DNA from: Planctomycetota bacterium
GTDB taxonomy: Bacteria > Planctomycetota > B15-G4 > SIAN01
Length of the DNA: 64,000 bases
Assembly: GCA_031409275.1 (NCBI GenBank)
Contig: JANNXA010000051.1
Coordinates: 288,001 to 352,000, forward strand
Reading direction: 5' to 3'
Below, piece by piece: positions 1 to 9,732 of this stretch (positions are counted from its first letter, which is position 1; each line of letters opens with the position of its first letter). The notes under the pieces are model-generated. The model was not told the DNA's origin. It did not search any database and saw only the letters and a list, made by a program, of their open reading frames with translations. The translations under genes and the position numbers were made by a program.

Positions 1-624
1 GCCGACCGGCAAGAGCGCTGCTTCGACGAAGGAGTCGCCCACCACGGCGACGTCCGCGCGCTCGAAAGCACGTTCGTTGCGGTAACCGCGGGCGTCGTAG
101 CGCAGGTCGTAGGGATAGTCGCGATCGGGCCGAGCGCCGAGCCACACCACGCAGTCGCCATACGTCGTGCCGGTGACTCGCCCGCCCGGCGGCCGGGTGT
201 AGATCAGCTCGGCATCGTCCCGATTCCACGGATTGCGGGTCCGCTTCAGGCGCAAGAAGAGGTCATCCCCCGGACGCGGCACCGTGATGCGCCAGTCGTG
301 GTCACCGACCAGCACGGGCAGCTCGAGCAGCGCCAGCACCAACAACGGCGGTACCGCCACGAGTGCGGCGCGCCCGACCATTCGCCGCCCCGACCCGCCG
401 ACGCCCCACGCGGAAGCGAGCGCGATCCCGAAGAAGAGCGCCGCCAGTTCGAGCAGCACCAGCACGTCGTCGACCGAGCCGAGCAGGCGCGTGCGTCCGA
501 GTCGGCGCAGCACCCACCACACGGTCGCCAGCAACGCGAGCACCACCACGGCGGCCACCACGCGGCGCGAACGCGACGCGGTCGAGCAGCACCCGCTGGG
601 GTTGTTGCTTGCGCTGGCCGACAT
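1..624 (-). CDS. Partial (3'-truncated at window edge) membrane-anchored SGNH/GDSL-hydrolase-like protein, AlgX/AlgJ-like
   Basis: Not in ORF track. Manual translation from ATG at 624 is open to base 1: hydrophobic N-terminal segments, then ...YDLRYDARGYRNERAFERADVAVVGDSFVEAA, matching the SGNH block I 'GDSF' and the preceding D-x-x-G-x-R-N. Confidence 0.7.
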   Translation of the reverse strand, partial: MSASASNNPSGCCSTASRSRRVVAAVVVLALLATVWWVLRRLGRTRLLGSVDDVLVLLELAALFFGIALASAWGVGGSGRRMVGRAALVAVPPLLVLALLELPVLVGDHDWRITVPRPGDDLFLRLKRTRNPWNRDDAELIYTRPPGGRVTGTTYGDCVVWLGARPDRDYPYDLRYDARGYRNERAFERADVAVVGDSFVEAALLPVG

Positions 625-762
625 CGAGATCGGGACCCTTTCCGGGGGGAAGGCGGCGCAGCCTACTAGCGGACCGCGGCCAGCACCATGCTCGCGGCGG
701 CGCGACGGAACTCCTTTCCAGCCGCCGGCGGCGCCGCGCAGTCGATAAGTTCGGCCCCCGCC

Positions 763-2616
763 ATGACCCAAGCGCCGTCGCCACCCCTGCGTCTCGTTGC
801 CGCCACCGTCGTTCGGCGTGGTGCGCAGGTCGGCGCCGCGCTCGGCGCTTCCGCGACCCTGCTCCATGCGCTGCTTGGAGCGCGCCGCGACGGCTACCTC
901 CACCGCGATCTGCTGAATCTCGCCTGGCATGCGATGTCGCGCCGACTCGCGAGCGGCCGCCTCGAGGTCGCGACCCTCACGCTCGCGTTGATGGGCGCCC
1001 TCGTCGCGCTCGCCACCGCGCGCATCGCCTCGCGGCCGCTGCGCCTCGTCGTGCGAGCGCTGCTACTCGGCGGCGCCGCCGCGCTCGCCGTCACCGGCCA
1101 GTGGATCGCTCCCGACGAGGTGACGCCGGCGTCGGGCCGAAGCGCCCTGCTGCTGCTTGGCGCGCTCGCCGTCGGGTTTGCGGCCTTCGCCGTGCTCCTC
1201 GGGATCGCGGTGGCGCGCCTGGAACGGAGCCGCGGTTTTGCGCTGGTGCTTCTGCCGTGGATCACCGGCTTCGCCCTGGCTCGCTTCGACCTCGAAACGG
1301 TCGGGCCGCCGGCGGGGGCGCCGCCGAGCGTCGTGCTCCTCTCGCTCGACACGCTGCGCGCGGATCGCCTCGGCTGCTACGGCCATCCGCGCGACACGAC
1401 GCCCGAGCTCGACGCCTTCGCCGCCACGGCGGTGCGCTTCGCCGACGTCGCCGCGCCGTTCCCGTTCACGCTGAGCTCGCACGCCACGATGCTGACCGGA
1501 CTCGACCCTGCCGCGCACGGCGCCACGCTGCAGGGCCAGCGCGTCGATCAGCGCCAACCGCTGTTTCGCGAGGTTCCGACCCTCGCCGAGGCATTCCGTG
1601 CGGCGGGCTACGTGACCATCGGCGTGGTCGACACCTGCCTGTGGATGCAGCCCGGCTACGGACTCGAACGCGGCTTCGACCTGTGGCGCAACGTGCCGGG
1701 TGGCGCCGATCGCAAGCGCGCCGAGGTGGCGACCCTGCTGCGCGATCTGCGCGGAAGGAAGGCGTTCTTCTTCATCCACTGCTTCGACGCGCACTCCGAC
1801 AACCGCCGACTGCCCTACGACCGCGCGCAAGCCGATGCCGGCCGCTACAGCGGCGGCTATCGCGGCGCCTTCGATGGCCGCGACCCGGCCAACCCATCGG
1901 TCGCCGCCTCGAAGCTGCTGCGCCAATGGAACGACATCAACGCGCCGCTCGAGCCCGACCTCGTGCGCCACGTCTCCGACCTCTACGACGAAGGCGTCCG
2001 CAGCCTCGATCGCGAGACGGGACGACTGCTCGAGGTGCTGCGCGCGGCGGGACTCTTCGACGCTGGCGCCATCGCCATCACCTCCGACCATGGCGAGGAG
2101 TTCCGCGAACACGGCCGCTTCATGCACGACACGCAGCTCTTCCAGGAGAGCGTCCACGTGCCGCTCCTGTTGCGCCTGCCGCAAGGATCGTCAGGAGGAC
2201 GCGTCGTTGCGACGCCGGCAGCGCTGCTCGACGTGGCGCCAACGCTCGCCGCGATCGCTGGCGTCGAGCTGCCGCCGGTGCAGGGCCGCTCGCTCCTCGC
2301 CGCGATCGACGCTCCCGACGACGAACTCGTGGCGCTCTACTTCGGAGCCGAGCCCGACGAAGAGGCCGTCCGCCTCGGCCGCTTCAAGCTGCTGAAGCAG
2401 GGTGATGCGCTCGCGCTCTACGACCTCGCCGACGATCCGCTCGAAGCGCGCGATGTCGCCGAGGCTCACCCCGAGATCGTGCAGGCGCTCACCCGCCGCC
2501 TCGACGAGCGCCGCGCGCAGAACCAGCAGCTCGCGGCGCCGCGCTCGCGCGACGGCTCGCACGTGCCCTCCGCGACGCAGGTCCGCGACATGGGGGCGAT
2601 CGGCTACGGGCAGTAG
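763..2616 (+). CDS. Membrane-anchored sulfatase-fold (alkaline phosphatase superfamily) hydrolase/transferase
   Basis: N-terminal TM segments; LLSLDTLRAD, FTLSSHATMLTG, TSDHGEEF, VHVPL, LYDLADDP, C-terminal AIGY. Start 763 chosen over 688 (uncertain). Confidence 0.85.
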   Translation: MTQAPSPPLRLVAATVVRRGAQVGAALGASATLLHALLGARRDGYLHRDLLNLAWHAMSRRLASGRLEVATLTLALMGALVALATARIASRPLRLVVRALLLGGAAALAVTGQWIAPDEVTPASGRSALLLLGALAVGFAAFAVLLGIAVARLERSRGFALVLLPWITGFALARFDLETVGPPAGAPPSVVLLSLDTLRADRLGCYGHPRDTTPELDAFAATAVRFADVAAPFPFTLSSHATMLTGLDPAAHGATLQGQRVDQRQPLFREVPTLAEAFRAAGYVTIGVVDTCLWMQPGYGLERGFDLWRNVPGGADRKRAEVATLLRDLRGRKAFFFIHCFDAHSDNRRLPYDRAQADAGRYSGGYRGAFDGRDPANPSVAASKLLRQWNDINAPLEPDLVRHVSDLYDEGVRSLDRETGRLLEVLRAAGLFDAGAIAITSDHGEEFREHGRFMHDTQLFQESVHVPLLLRLPQGSSGGRVVATPAALLDVAPTLAAIAGVELPPVQGRSLLAAIDAPDDELVALYFGAEPDEEAVRLGRFKLLKQGDALALYDLADDPLEARDVAEAHPEIVQALTRRLDERRAQNQQLAAPRSRDGSHVPSATQVRDMGAIGYGQ

Positions 2617-2781
2617 CGATCGACGTCGATCCGCTGCGCCGTGAACCGCGCGCTCGGATCACCCGCCCCCGCGGAAGCGAAAAATTTCCGGTCGCCGGCT
2701 CATGCCTCCTCCCTTCCGCGCCCGATGAGCTGCAAGTCGAGCCGCAACCCGGCAATTGATTCCCGCTCGAGAGCGTTGCTG

Positions 2782-3876
2782 ATGGTCGTCGCACTACTCC
2801 GATGGGTCGTCCAGGATCAGGGCCTCTCGCGCGTCGAGAGGCTCCAACTCGTGCGTCGCGAAGTGACGGCGGAACTCGGCAAGGCGGCGAACGGCCCCGA
2901 CCTGCTCTGGTGGGTCGGCGGATTGGCGGCCGCGGCGCTCGTCCTGCTGCCGCTCGTCTATTGGATCCGGCGCACGATTCACCTCTACCGCTGGATGGAA
3001 GCCCTGAGGCAGCTTGGCCTCGATGACGACGAGGTGCAGCTCTTCGCGCAGATCGCACGCCGTGCACCGCTCGCGCTGCTGAGGCAGCCGAAGCTCGCGC
3101 CGCATCTCTTCGACAAAGTCGCGCACAAGCTGCTCAAGCGGATCGCCTCCGACTCGAAACGCGACGTGACCATGCTCCGCATCCTCGCGCTTCGCCATCG
3201 GCTGCCGTTCCGAGACGCTCCCGCACTCGGCACGGTCGAGGCGGGAATGCGCGTGCATGCTCGCGCATCCACTCCCGCGGACGCGCCGAGCGTCCGCGCC
3301 GACGTCGTCACGTCGGAGGGGAACGTGCTCAAGCTCTCCCTGATCGAAGAGGAAACCGGGCCGCCGCTGATCCCGGGGATGCAGGTCGTCGTGCGCGCGC
3401 TCCTCCTCGGGCACACCTGCGAGACCACCGCCAACGTCCGCCATCGGCTCGACGGCACGCGACCGCGCTTGCAGGTCGACTGCCTGGCGCCGTTCCGCAA
3501 GGCACGCCTCGCCCTGCTCGATCGCATCGTCAGCGTCCCCGCCAAGCTCAATCTGGTCGAGCGACTCCCGTCGCGAACCTACGAGAACACGGCGCCGATC
3601 GCCGAAGCCCTGGTGACGCGCGAGACGACGGTCGGCGTCAACGTCACGGTGAGGCACGCGCGCCTGACGTTCGGCGAGGGCGTGCAGCTCGTCGCCGGCC
3701 CGCTGTCCGGCGAGTACGTCGCGTTCGACGAGGTGGCGACCTCGCGCGATCAGTCGCGGTACTTCCTGATGCGCGTGTCGTCCGCCCGTCGCGATGCGGC
3801 GATCGCCGCCGGCGCCGGGAAGGCCCGGCCGGCGTCGGGCCGAGCGCGCGGGCGCGGCAGCGCGTTGACACCATGA
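2782..3876 (+). CDS. Hypothetical single-TM protein, possible YcgR/PilZN-like flagellar brake
   Basis: Long ORF with one TM helix (LLWWVGGLAAAALVLLPLVYWI) and beta-rich C-terminal half, directly upstream of flbD-motAB. Start uncertain (2641-2782). Confidence 0.5.
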   Translation: MVVALLRWVVQDQGLSRVERLQLVRREVTAELGKAANGPDLLWWVGGLAAAALVLLPLVYWIRRTIHLYRWMEALRQLGLDDDEVQLFAQIARRAPLALLRQPKLAPHLFDKVAHKLLKRIASDSKRDVTMLRILALRHRLPFRDAPALGTVEAGMRVHARASTPADAPSVRADVVTSEGNVLKLSLIEEETGPPLIPGMQVVVRALLLGHTCETTANVRHRLDGTRPRLQVDCLAPFRKARLALLDRIVSVPAKLNLVERLPSRTYENTAPIAEALVTRETTVGVNVTVRHARLTFGEGVQLVAGPLSGEYVAFDEVATSRDQSRYFLMRVSSARRDAAIAAGAGKARPASGRARGRGSALTP

Positions 3877-4099
3877 TTCACGCGGTCCGACGGAACTGAC
3901 CATCCCGGCCGACGCCTGATCGGCTTCGACCTCGTCGATCCCGAGAGTGCGGCGCTTTCAGCGCTGCAACCTCGAATCCCTCGGCTCCGCACGCGCGCAC
4001 GTCCGGGCCGCCCGTTCAAGCGATCGCGCGCCAGCGGTCGAAAGAGAAGCGGTGTCGTCGTCGCACCTGAGCCGGCATTCAGCAGAGAAGGGGCCAACG

Positions 4100-4303
4100 A
4101 TGATCGCAGTGACGCGCATGGACGGCACGCCGTTCGTTCTGAATGCCGATCGCATCGAGAGCGTGGAGCAGGTGCCCGAGACGATGCTGCGCCTGACCAA
4201 CGATCGCCCGCTCATGGTGCGCGAATCCATGGAGGAAGTCGTGCGCGCCTTCAAGGCGTACAAGCGCGAGATCGCGAATCCCGCGTTCAAGGAAGTGACA
4301 TGA
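4100..4303 (+). CDS. flbD: Flagellar FlbD family protein
   Basis: MIAVTRMDGTPFVLNADRIESVEQVPETMLRLTND...VRESMEEVV matches the FlbD pattern; stop overlaps motA start (ATGA). Confidence 0.9.
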   Translation: MIAVTRMDGTPFVLNADRIESVEQVPETMLRLTNDRPLMVRESMEEVVRAFKAYKREIANPAFKEVT

Positions 4304-5091
4304 TCATCAACATCCTCGGCGTCGTCGTGGCCTTCGGCATGATCCTCCTCGGCAACCACCTCGAGGGCGGCCACCTGAGTTCGCTGATCCAGCCGACCGC
4401 GGCGATCATCGTGCTGGGCGGAACGATCGGTGCAACCATGGTCGCCCACACGGGGCACGAGTTCGCGACCGCGTTGAAGGACCTGAAGAAGGTGTTCCTC
4501 GGCAAGGAACCGAACTACACCGGGTTGATCCAGCAGCTCGTGAAGTTCGGCGTCGTCGCCCGCCGCGAGGGGCTGCTCTCCATCGACAACATGCTTCGCG
4601 ACGTGACCAATCCGTTCATGGCGGAGAACCTGCGCCGTCTGATCGACGGCTACGAGGCGGCCGCGCTGCGCAACATCATGGAAGAGCGCATGGGGCGGAT
4701 CGAGGAGTCCAAGGCGGGCTGCGCGAAGGTCTGGGAGACCATGGGTGGCTTCTGCCCTACGGTCGGGATCCTCGGCGCCGTGCTCGGGTTGATCCACGTC
4801 ATGTCGAACCTCGATGATCCGAGCGCGCTCGGACCTGGCATCGCGACCGCATTCGTCGCGACGATCTACGGCGTCGGGGCGGCCAACCTCGTCATGCTGC
4901 CGATCGGCGGCAAGCTGAAGAAGATCTACCACCACGAGATGCTGGAGATGGAGCTCATCCTCGCCGGCATCCTCGCGGTCCAGGCTGGCGACAATCCGCG
5001 GCGCGTCGAGGATCAGCTCCAGAACATCCTCGGCGAACATGGACACGCCGCACCCGCCGCCGCCGGCGAAGAGTCCAAGGCCGCTGCCTGA
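4300..5091 (+). CDS. motA: Flagellar stator protein MotA
   Basis: GGHLSSLIQPTAAIIVLGGTIGA, ARREGLL, PTVGILGAVLGLI, GIATAFVATIYGV. Confidence 0.95.
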   Translation: MIINILGVVVAFGMILLGNHLEGGHLSSLIQPTAAIIVLGGTIGATMVAHTGHEFATALKDLKKVFLGKEPNYTGLIQQLVKFGVVARREGLLSIDNMLRDVTNPFMAENLRRLIDGYEAAALRNIMEERMGRIEESKAGCAKVWETMGGFCPTVGILGAVLGLIHVMSNLDDPSALGPGIATAFVATIYGVGAANLVMLPIGGKLKKIYHHEMLEMELILAGILAVQAGDNPRRVEDQLQNILGEHGHAAPAAAGEESKAAA

Positions 5092-5840
5092 TGGCCCGCA
5101 AGAAGAAGCACGAGGAGCACGAGAACGCCGAACGTTGGCTGGTCTCGTACGCCGACTTCATCACGCTGTTGTTCGCGTTCTTCACGGTGCTCTACGCGAT
5201 GGGGCAAAACGAGAAGGGCAAGATGCAACAGGCGATGCAGAGCATTCGCGCGTCCTTCCTGAGCGGCGGCGGCCTCTTCTCCGACGACGGCAATACCTTC
5301 CTTCCCAACCTCCGTCCGGGCGCAGAGGGCGCGAACGAAGGCGCGAACAGCACCGATGCGGCGCTCGACAAGATCGCCGCGAGCCTCGCCGAGACTCGCA
5401 GCGGCGCCGCCGACGCCAACCAGGGTGGCGCCCCGTTCGAGGTCACCCGCGCCGAGGGCGGCCTGCTGGTCCGCCTCAACGACGAGGTCAGCTTCAAGCC
5501 GGGCCGCGGCGAGCTCAACGCCGAGGCGAAGAAGACGCTCGAGCAGCTCGGGACCAAGGTTCGCGACCTCGGCGTCCCGGTCGAGGTGACCGGGTACGCC
5601 GCGCGCGACGCCTACACCTCCGACCCCAAGGCATGGAACCTCGCGCTGCAGCGCGCGGTGAGCGTCGCCTCGTTCATGGCGAGCACCGTCCCGTTCTTCC
5701 CGGAAGGCTTGAAAGTCGGCGCGAAGACCGAGCCGGCGATCGGGCGCGGCGCTTCGCAGTCGAGCCACCGTCGCGTGGAGATCTTCCTCAAGGTCTCCGA
5801 TCAGGACGTCACCCGGCTCGTCTCCTCGATCGGCGGCTAG
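5091..5840 (+). CDS. motB: Flagellar stator protein MotB (divergent OmpA-like domain)
   Basis: ERWLVSYADFITLLFAFF with the conserved Asp; C-terminal RAVSV...RRVEI; overlaps motA stop. Confidence 0.93.
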   Translation: MARKKKHEEHENAERWLVSYADFITLLFAFFTVLYAMGQNEKGKMQQAMQSIRASFLSGGGLFSDDGNTFLPNLRPGAEGANEGANSTDAALDKIAASLAETRSGAADANQGGAPFEVTRAEGGLLVRLNDEVSFKPGRGELNAEAKKTLEQLGTKVRDLGVPVEVTGYAARDAYTSDPKAWNLALQRAVSVASFMASTVPFFPEGLKVGAKTEPAIGRGASQSSHRRVEIFLKVSDQDVTRLVSSIGG

Positions 5841-5890
5841 CGCGAGGCTCGACCGAGTCGCGCCAGGCCGCAGCCGTCGCGTTCGAACCC

Positions 5891-7774
5891 TCACCCCCCG
5901 CCCGCGTAGCCGATCCCCGCAAGCTCCGGGTTGGCGCTCAGGTCGCGTGCATCGATCGCGTTCGGGTGCGGCGTCATGCCGGCGAACGCCTCGCGCAACG
6001 CCGTCTCGAAGGCGGCCACGACGTCGGGTTGCGCCACGGCGAGGTCGTTCTCTTCGCGCGGATCGGCGATCCAATCGAACAGCTGCGCGGCGCGCCTCTC
6101 GTGCCCCACGTAGTGCCAGCGGCCGCGCACGAGCGAGCGCATCGCTCCGTCGTAGCACGGACGGCGGCGGTATTCGGGCCACGGATGGCGCGCAAGTTCG
6201 CCGACCACCAGCGGCAGCGAGTCGGGATCGCCCGCCTCGCCACCGCGGAGCCACGGCGTCAATGACGCTTCCGGGAAGGCCGCGCTCGGCAGACCGGCCA
6301 GATCGAGCAGCGTCGTGGTCACCGAGGCGAGGCTCACCGGAGTCGATACGACCGCCCCCGCCTCGACCACGCCGGGCGCGCGCACGACCAGCGGCACGTG
6401 GAGCGTCTCGCGATGGAGCGAGCCGCGGTGCAGTCGCGCGCCGCGCTCGCCGAACGATTCGCCATGGTCGCTGGTGACGACGATCACGGCGCGTTCCAGA
6501 CGGCCGCGCCGCGCGAGCTCCTCGGCAAGGCGTGACAGCTCGAGGTCCATCGCCAGCACGCACTCGTCGTAGCGACGCGCCTCCTCGGCGATCTGCGCAT
6601 CGTTCCACGGACGATCCTCACCCGCCGCCAGCGGCGGCATCGGGGCCGGCGCGACGCCATCGCCGCGGAAGCGACCGCGCGTCGATGGCGGCGGCTCGTA
6701 CGGATCGTGCGCGTCGAACAGGTTCAACATCGCGAAGAAGGGGCGCTGCGGATCGCCATCGATCCAATCGAGGCAGGCGTCGACGACGGCGGCGGCCGGC
6801 TTGCGCAGCAGGTGGTTGCGCGTGCGCGTGCCCATCCGTTCGAGCGTCTCGCGGCCCGCCAGCGTCGCGGCGAGGCGCGCCGTCCACGACCAGCCGAAGT
6901 CGGAGAAGACCTCGAAGCCGCGCCCGAACCCGAATCCCGTGTGGAAGAAACAGAGGTTGGCCGAGAAGGCACCGGTCCGGTAGCCGTGCTCGGCGAAGCT
7001 CTCCGGCAGCAGCGGCAGCGACCCATCGAGCGGTCCAAGCAGCGCGCCATGCTCGAACGGCAGGCGCCCCGTCAGCAGCGACGCATGCGCCGGCAAGGTC
7101 CAGCTCGAGGTCGAGAAGCAGGCGTCGAAGCGCGTCGCTTCGGCGACGAGGCGCTCGAGCCACGGCGTCGTCGGACGTAAATATCCGTACGCCGAGAGGT
7201 GATCGGCGCGCACCGTGTCCAGCACCACCAGCACGACGTCGCGCGGCGCGCTCGGTGGCGGCGACTTCGGCGCGTGGCGCGAGCGAGCGCCCCCCCATTC
7301 GACCACCCCCATCAGCAACAAGCCGACCGCGATCAGCAGCGGCAGCATGAGGCGCGCCGCGCGGACGAGCCGCTCGCCCCGACGGCGCAGCAGCGCAAAG
7401 GCCGCCGCGCCCACCGCCAGTGCAACGCCAGTGGCGATCAGCCGCGACCATTCGTGCGTCAGGCGGCACCAGTCCCAAGCCAGCAGCGCGATGGCAGCCG
7501 CGGCGCACGGCACGACCCGCTCGCGGACGCGCACGAGGCGCAACAGCAGGTGCAGCAACCACGCCACCAGCCCGAAGAGGAGCCCGTCGACCAGCGGCGC
7601 GACCCACAAGATCTCGCGTCCGCACGAATAGGTGATCGGCCACTGCGAGCGGCGCGCCGCCTGCGCGGCGAGCAGGCCCGCCGCCTCGCCCATGCCGGCC
7701 AGCAGCCCGACCGTGGTGCCGACTCGCCAGGAATCGAACGCGCGCTCGCCCGCACATTTCAGCGTCGTCGCCAT
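5891..7774 (-). CDS. Membrane-anchored sulfatase-fold hydrolase/transferase
   Basis: Several N-terminal TMs; VLDTVRADH, SWTLPAHASLLTG, FDAHDPY, TSDHGE, GIGY C-terminus. Confidence 0.88.
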   Translation of the reverse strand: MATTLKCAGERAFDSWRVGTTVGLLAGMGEAAGLLAAQAARRSQWPITYSCGREILWVAPLVDGLLFGLVAWLLHLLLRLVRVRERVVPCAAAAIALLAWDWCRLTHEWSRLIATGVALAVGAAAFALLRRRGERLVRAARLMLPLLIAVGLLLMGVVEWGGARSRHAPKSPPPSAPRDVVLVVLDTVRADHLSAYGYLRPTTPWLERLVAEATRFDACFSTSSWTLPAHASLLTGRLPFEHGALLGPLDGSLPLLPESFAEHGYRTGAFSANLCFFHTGFGFGRGFEVFSDFGWSWTARLAATLAGRETLERMGTRTRNHLLRKPAAAVVDACLDWIDGDPQRPFFAMLNLFDAHDPYEPPPSTRGRFRGDGVAPAPMPPLAAGEDRPWNDAQIAEEARRYDECVLAMDLELSRLAEELARRGRLERAVIVVTSDHGESFGERGARLHRGSLHRETLHVPLVVRAPGVVEAGAVVSTPVSLASVTTTLLDLAGLPSAAFPEASLTPWLRGGEAGDPDSLPLVVGELARHPWPEYRRRPCYDGAMRSLVRGRWHYVGHERRAAQLFDWIADPREENDLAVAQPDVVAAFETALREAFAGMTPHPNAIDARDLSANPELAGIGYAGGG

Positions 7775-7776
7775 CG

Positions 7777-9732
7777 TCAGCGCTTCCCGTTCACGTAGCC
7801 AAGCGCCTTCAACGCCTCGAGGTCGGCTTCCGGCGCATCGGGATCCTGCGGCGGCGCGAACGGCGGTCCGTGGTAGGCGGGCAGCCGCGCCAGCGCTTCA
7901 TCGAGCGAACGGGAGAGCGCCGCGCACCACTCCGGCTCCGTCGCCGCGAGGTCGACCTGCTCGGTCGGGTCCGCGCGCGGATCGAACAACGCGTCGATGC
8001 GCACGCCTTGCAGCGTGCGGCGCACCAGCTTGCGCTGGCCATCGTCGATCGAGCGCAGCACGGCGGTCAGGTCGACCACGTCGCGATTGAAGCCGCGCGC
8101 ATGCGAGAGCATCTCGAGGTGGCCGAGGTAGGGATCGCCGAAGCCCAGCACCGCGTCGCGCGCGACGAAGCGACCCGGCAGGAGGCTCGCGCCGTCGCTC
8201 TCCTCGCAGAGCGGGCCGTCGGGCTGCGGTCGCGCCACCTCGAGGAAGGTCGGCGCCAGATCGACGAGCTGGCAGCTGCCCGTGACGCGAGTGCCGGCCG
8301 GGATCGTCGGCGGATGACGAATCGCGAGCGGGACGTGCAGCAGCGCGTCGTTCACGGCGAAGACGTGGTCGAAACGGCCGCCGTCGCCGAGGTTCTCGCC
8401 GTGATCGGCGGTGATGGCGACCAAGGTGCGCTCGCGGCCGAGGTGGCGATCGATCGATCCGAGCAGCTGCCCCAACTGCTCGTCCTGGTACTGGGTCGCC
8501 GCCGCGTAGAGCAGGCGCAGCGACTCCTGCAGCGGCCCGGCGAACGGCTTGCCCGCCATCTGCATCGGGCCGTAGTAGCGCCGCGACACGTCGGTCGCGG
8601 TCAGGAGCCGTGAACGCGTCCCCGCCTGCTCGAGACGCTGCAGCAGCGGCGGCAGGAAGCGCCAGTGCGTCTCCATCAGGTTGAGGAAGAGGAAGAGCGG
8701 GCGCTCCGAATCGCGCTCGTACGCGAGGAAGCGCTCGACGCGCGCGACGGCGTCGCTGGCACCGTGGTCGCAGAAGCGCGCCGGCCAGCCGAGCAGTTCG
8801 AAGAGCGGCTGCAACGCGAGGCTGCGCGCGTCGCTGCCGAGCGGCTGCGCGACTTCGAAGCCCTGCAGGAGCTGCGTCTCGAACAGGTACTCGTTGGCGA
8901 CGAAGGCGGCGCACTGGTAGTCGGCGCGATCGCGCAGCGCCTCGGCCAGCGTCGTGAAGCCGGCATCGAGCCAGCGATGGTGCTCGAAGCTGCAGCCGTG
9001 GCTCGGCGGAAAGAGGCCGGTGAAGAGCGACGCGTGCGCCGGCACCGTCCACGGCGCCGGCGAATAGCAGCGTTCGTAGAGGGCGCCCGCGCGCGCGAAC
9101 TCATCGAAATGGGGCGTCAGGCGGCCTTCATGGCCATAGGCGCCAAGGAAGTCGGAACGCTGCGTGTCGAGCACGATCAAGACCTGGTCCGGGCGGCCGC
9201 CATCGCGTGGCGCGACGCTCGCCGCCGCCACCGAATCGGCGCGGCGCAGGAGCGGTGGCGCCGCCAGCAACACGATCAGCGACGCCAGCGCGAAACGCCG
9301 ACGCCGCCGCCACGGCAGCGCCGCCGCGAAGGTCTCGCGGCGCCAGGAGGGGAGCGCGGTGGCGGTGACGGCCACGAGCGCCGCCCCCACCAGCGGCAGC
9401 GGCCAGGCGCCGAACTCGCGCAACACGAGCAGCGACGCCACCGTCGCCACCCACGCCAGCAGCAGCGCCGATCGCCCGCGCCGCAGCCACGGCGCCAGAA
9501 GGAGAATCGCCACGACCAGCACGGGGAGCGTGGCGAGCGTCGCGACGCCTGCGAAGAGCGCGTAGAGGCCGACTGCCGTGAGCTGCTTGTCGAGCGTGCT
9601 CGCGCGCGCATGCAGCAGCACATCGACGACACCGACCGCGACGCCTCCGAGCAGGGCCACGAGCAGGAGTCGACCGAGCAGCGCGACGAAGTTGCAGCGC
9701 GCGGGGGCGGTGTTCAGCGGCGCTTCGCTCAC
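7777..9732 (-). CDS. Membrane-anchored sulfatase-fold hydrolase/transferase
   Basis: N-terminal TMs; VLDTQRSD, PWTVPAHASLFTG, TADHGE, LHVPL, LKALGY. Confidence 0.88.
   Translation of the reverse strand: MSEAPLNTAPARCNFVALLGRLLLVALLGGVAVGVVDVLLHARASTLDKQLTAVGLYALFAGVATLATLPVLVVAILLLAPWLRRGRSALLLAWVATVASLLVLREFGAWPLPLVGAALVAVTATALPSWRRETFAAALPWRRRRRFALASLIVLLAAPPLLRRADSVAAASVAPRDGGRPDQVLIVLDTQRSDFLGAYGHEGRLTPHFDEFARAGALYERCYSPAPWTVPAHASLFTGLFPPSHGCSFEHHRWLDAGFTTLAEALRDRADYQCAAFVANEYLFETQLLQGFEVAQPLGSDARSLALQPLFELLGWPARFCDHGASDAVARVERFLAYERDSERPLFLFLNLMETHWRFLPPLLQRLEQAGTRSRLLTATDVSRRYYGPMQMAGKPFAGPLQESLRLLYAAATQYQDEQLGQLLGSIDRHLGRERTLVAITADHGENLGDGGRFDHVFAVNDALLHVPLAIRHPPTIPAGTRVTGSCQLVDLAPTFLEVARPQPDGPLCEESDGASLLPGRFVARDAVLGFGDPYLGHLEMLSHARGFNRDVVDLTAVLRSIDDGQRKLVRRTLQGVRIDALFDPRADPTEQVDLAATEPEWCAALSRSLDEALARLPAYHGPPFAPPQDPDAPEADLEALKALGYVNGKR

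Noticed and set aside
4300..5840. MotAB pair as Zorya ZorAB or ExbBD/TolQR
   Set aside because: Classic flagellar MotA/MotB motifs, adjacent flbD, no long ZorA tail and no zorC/D/E genes.
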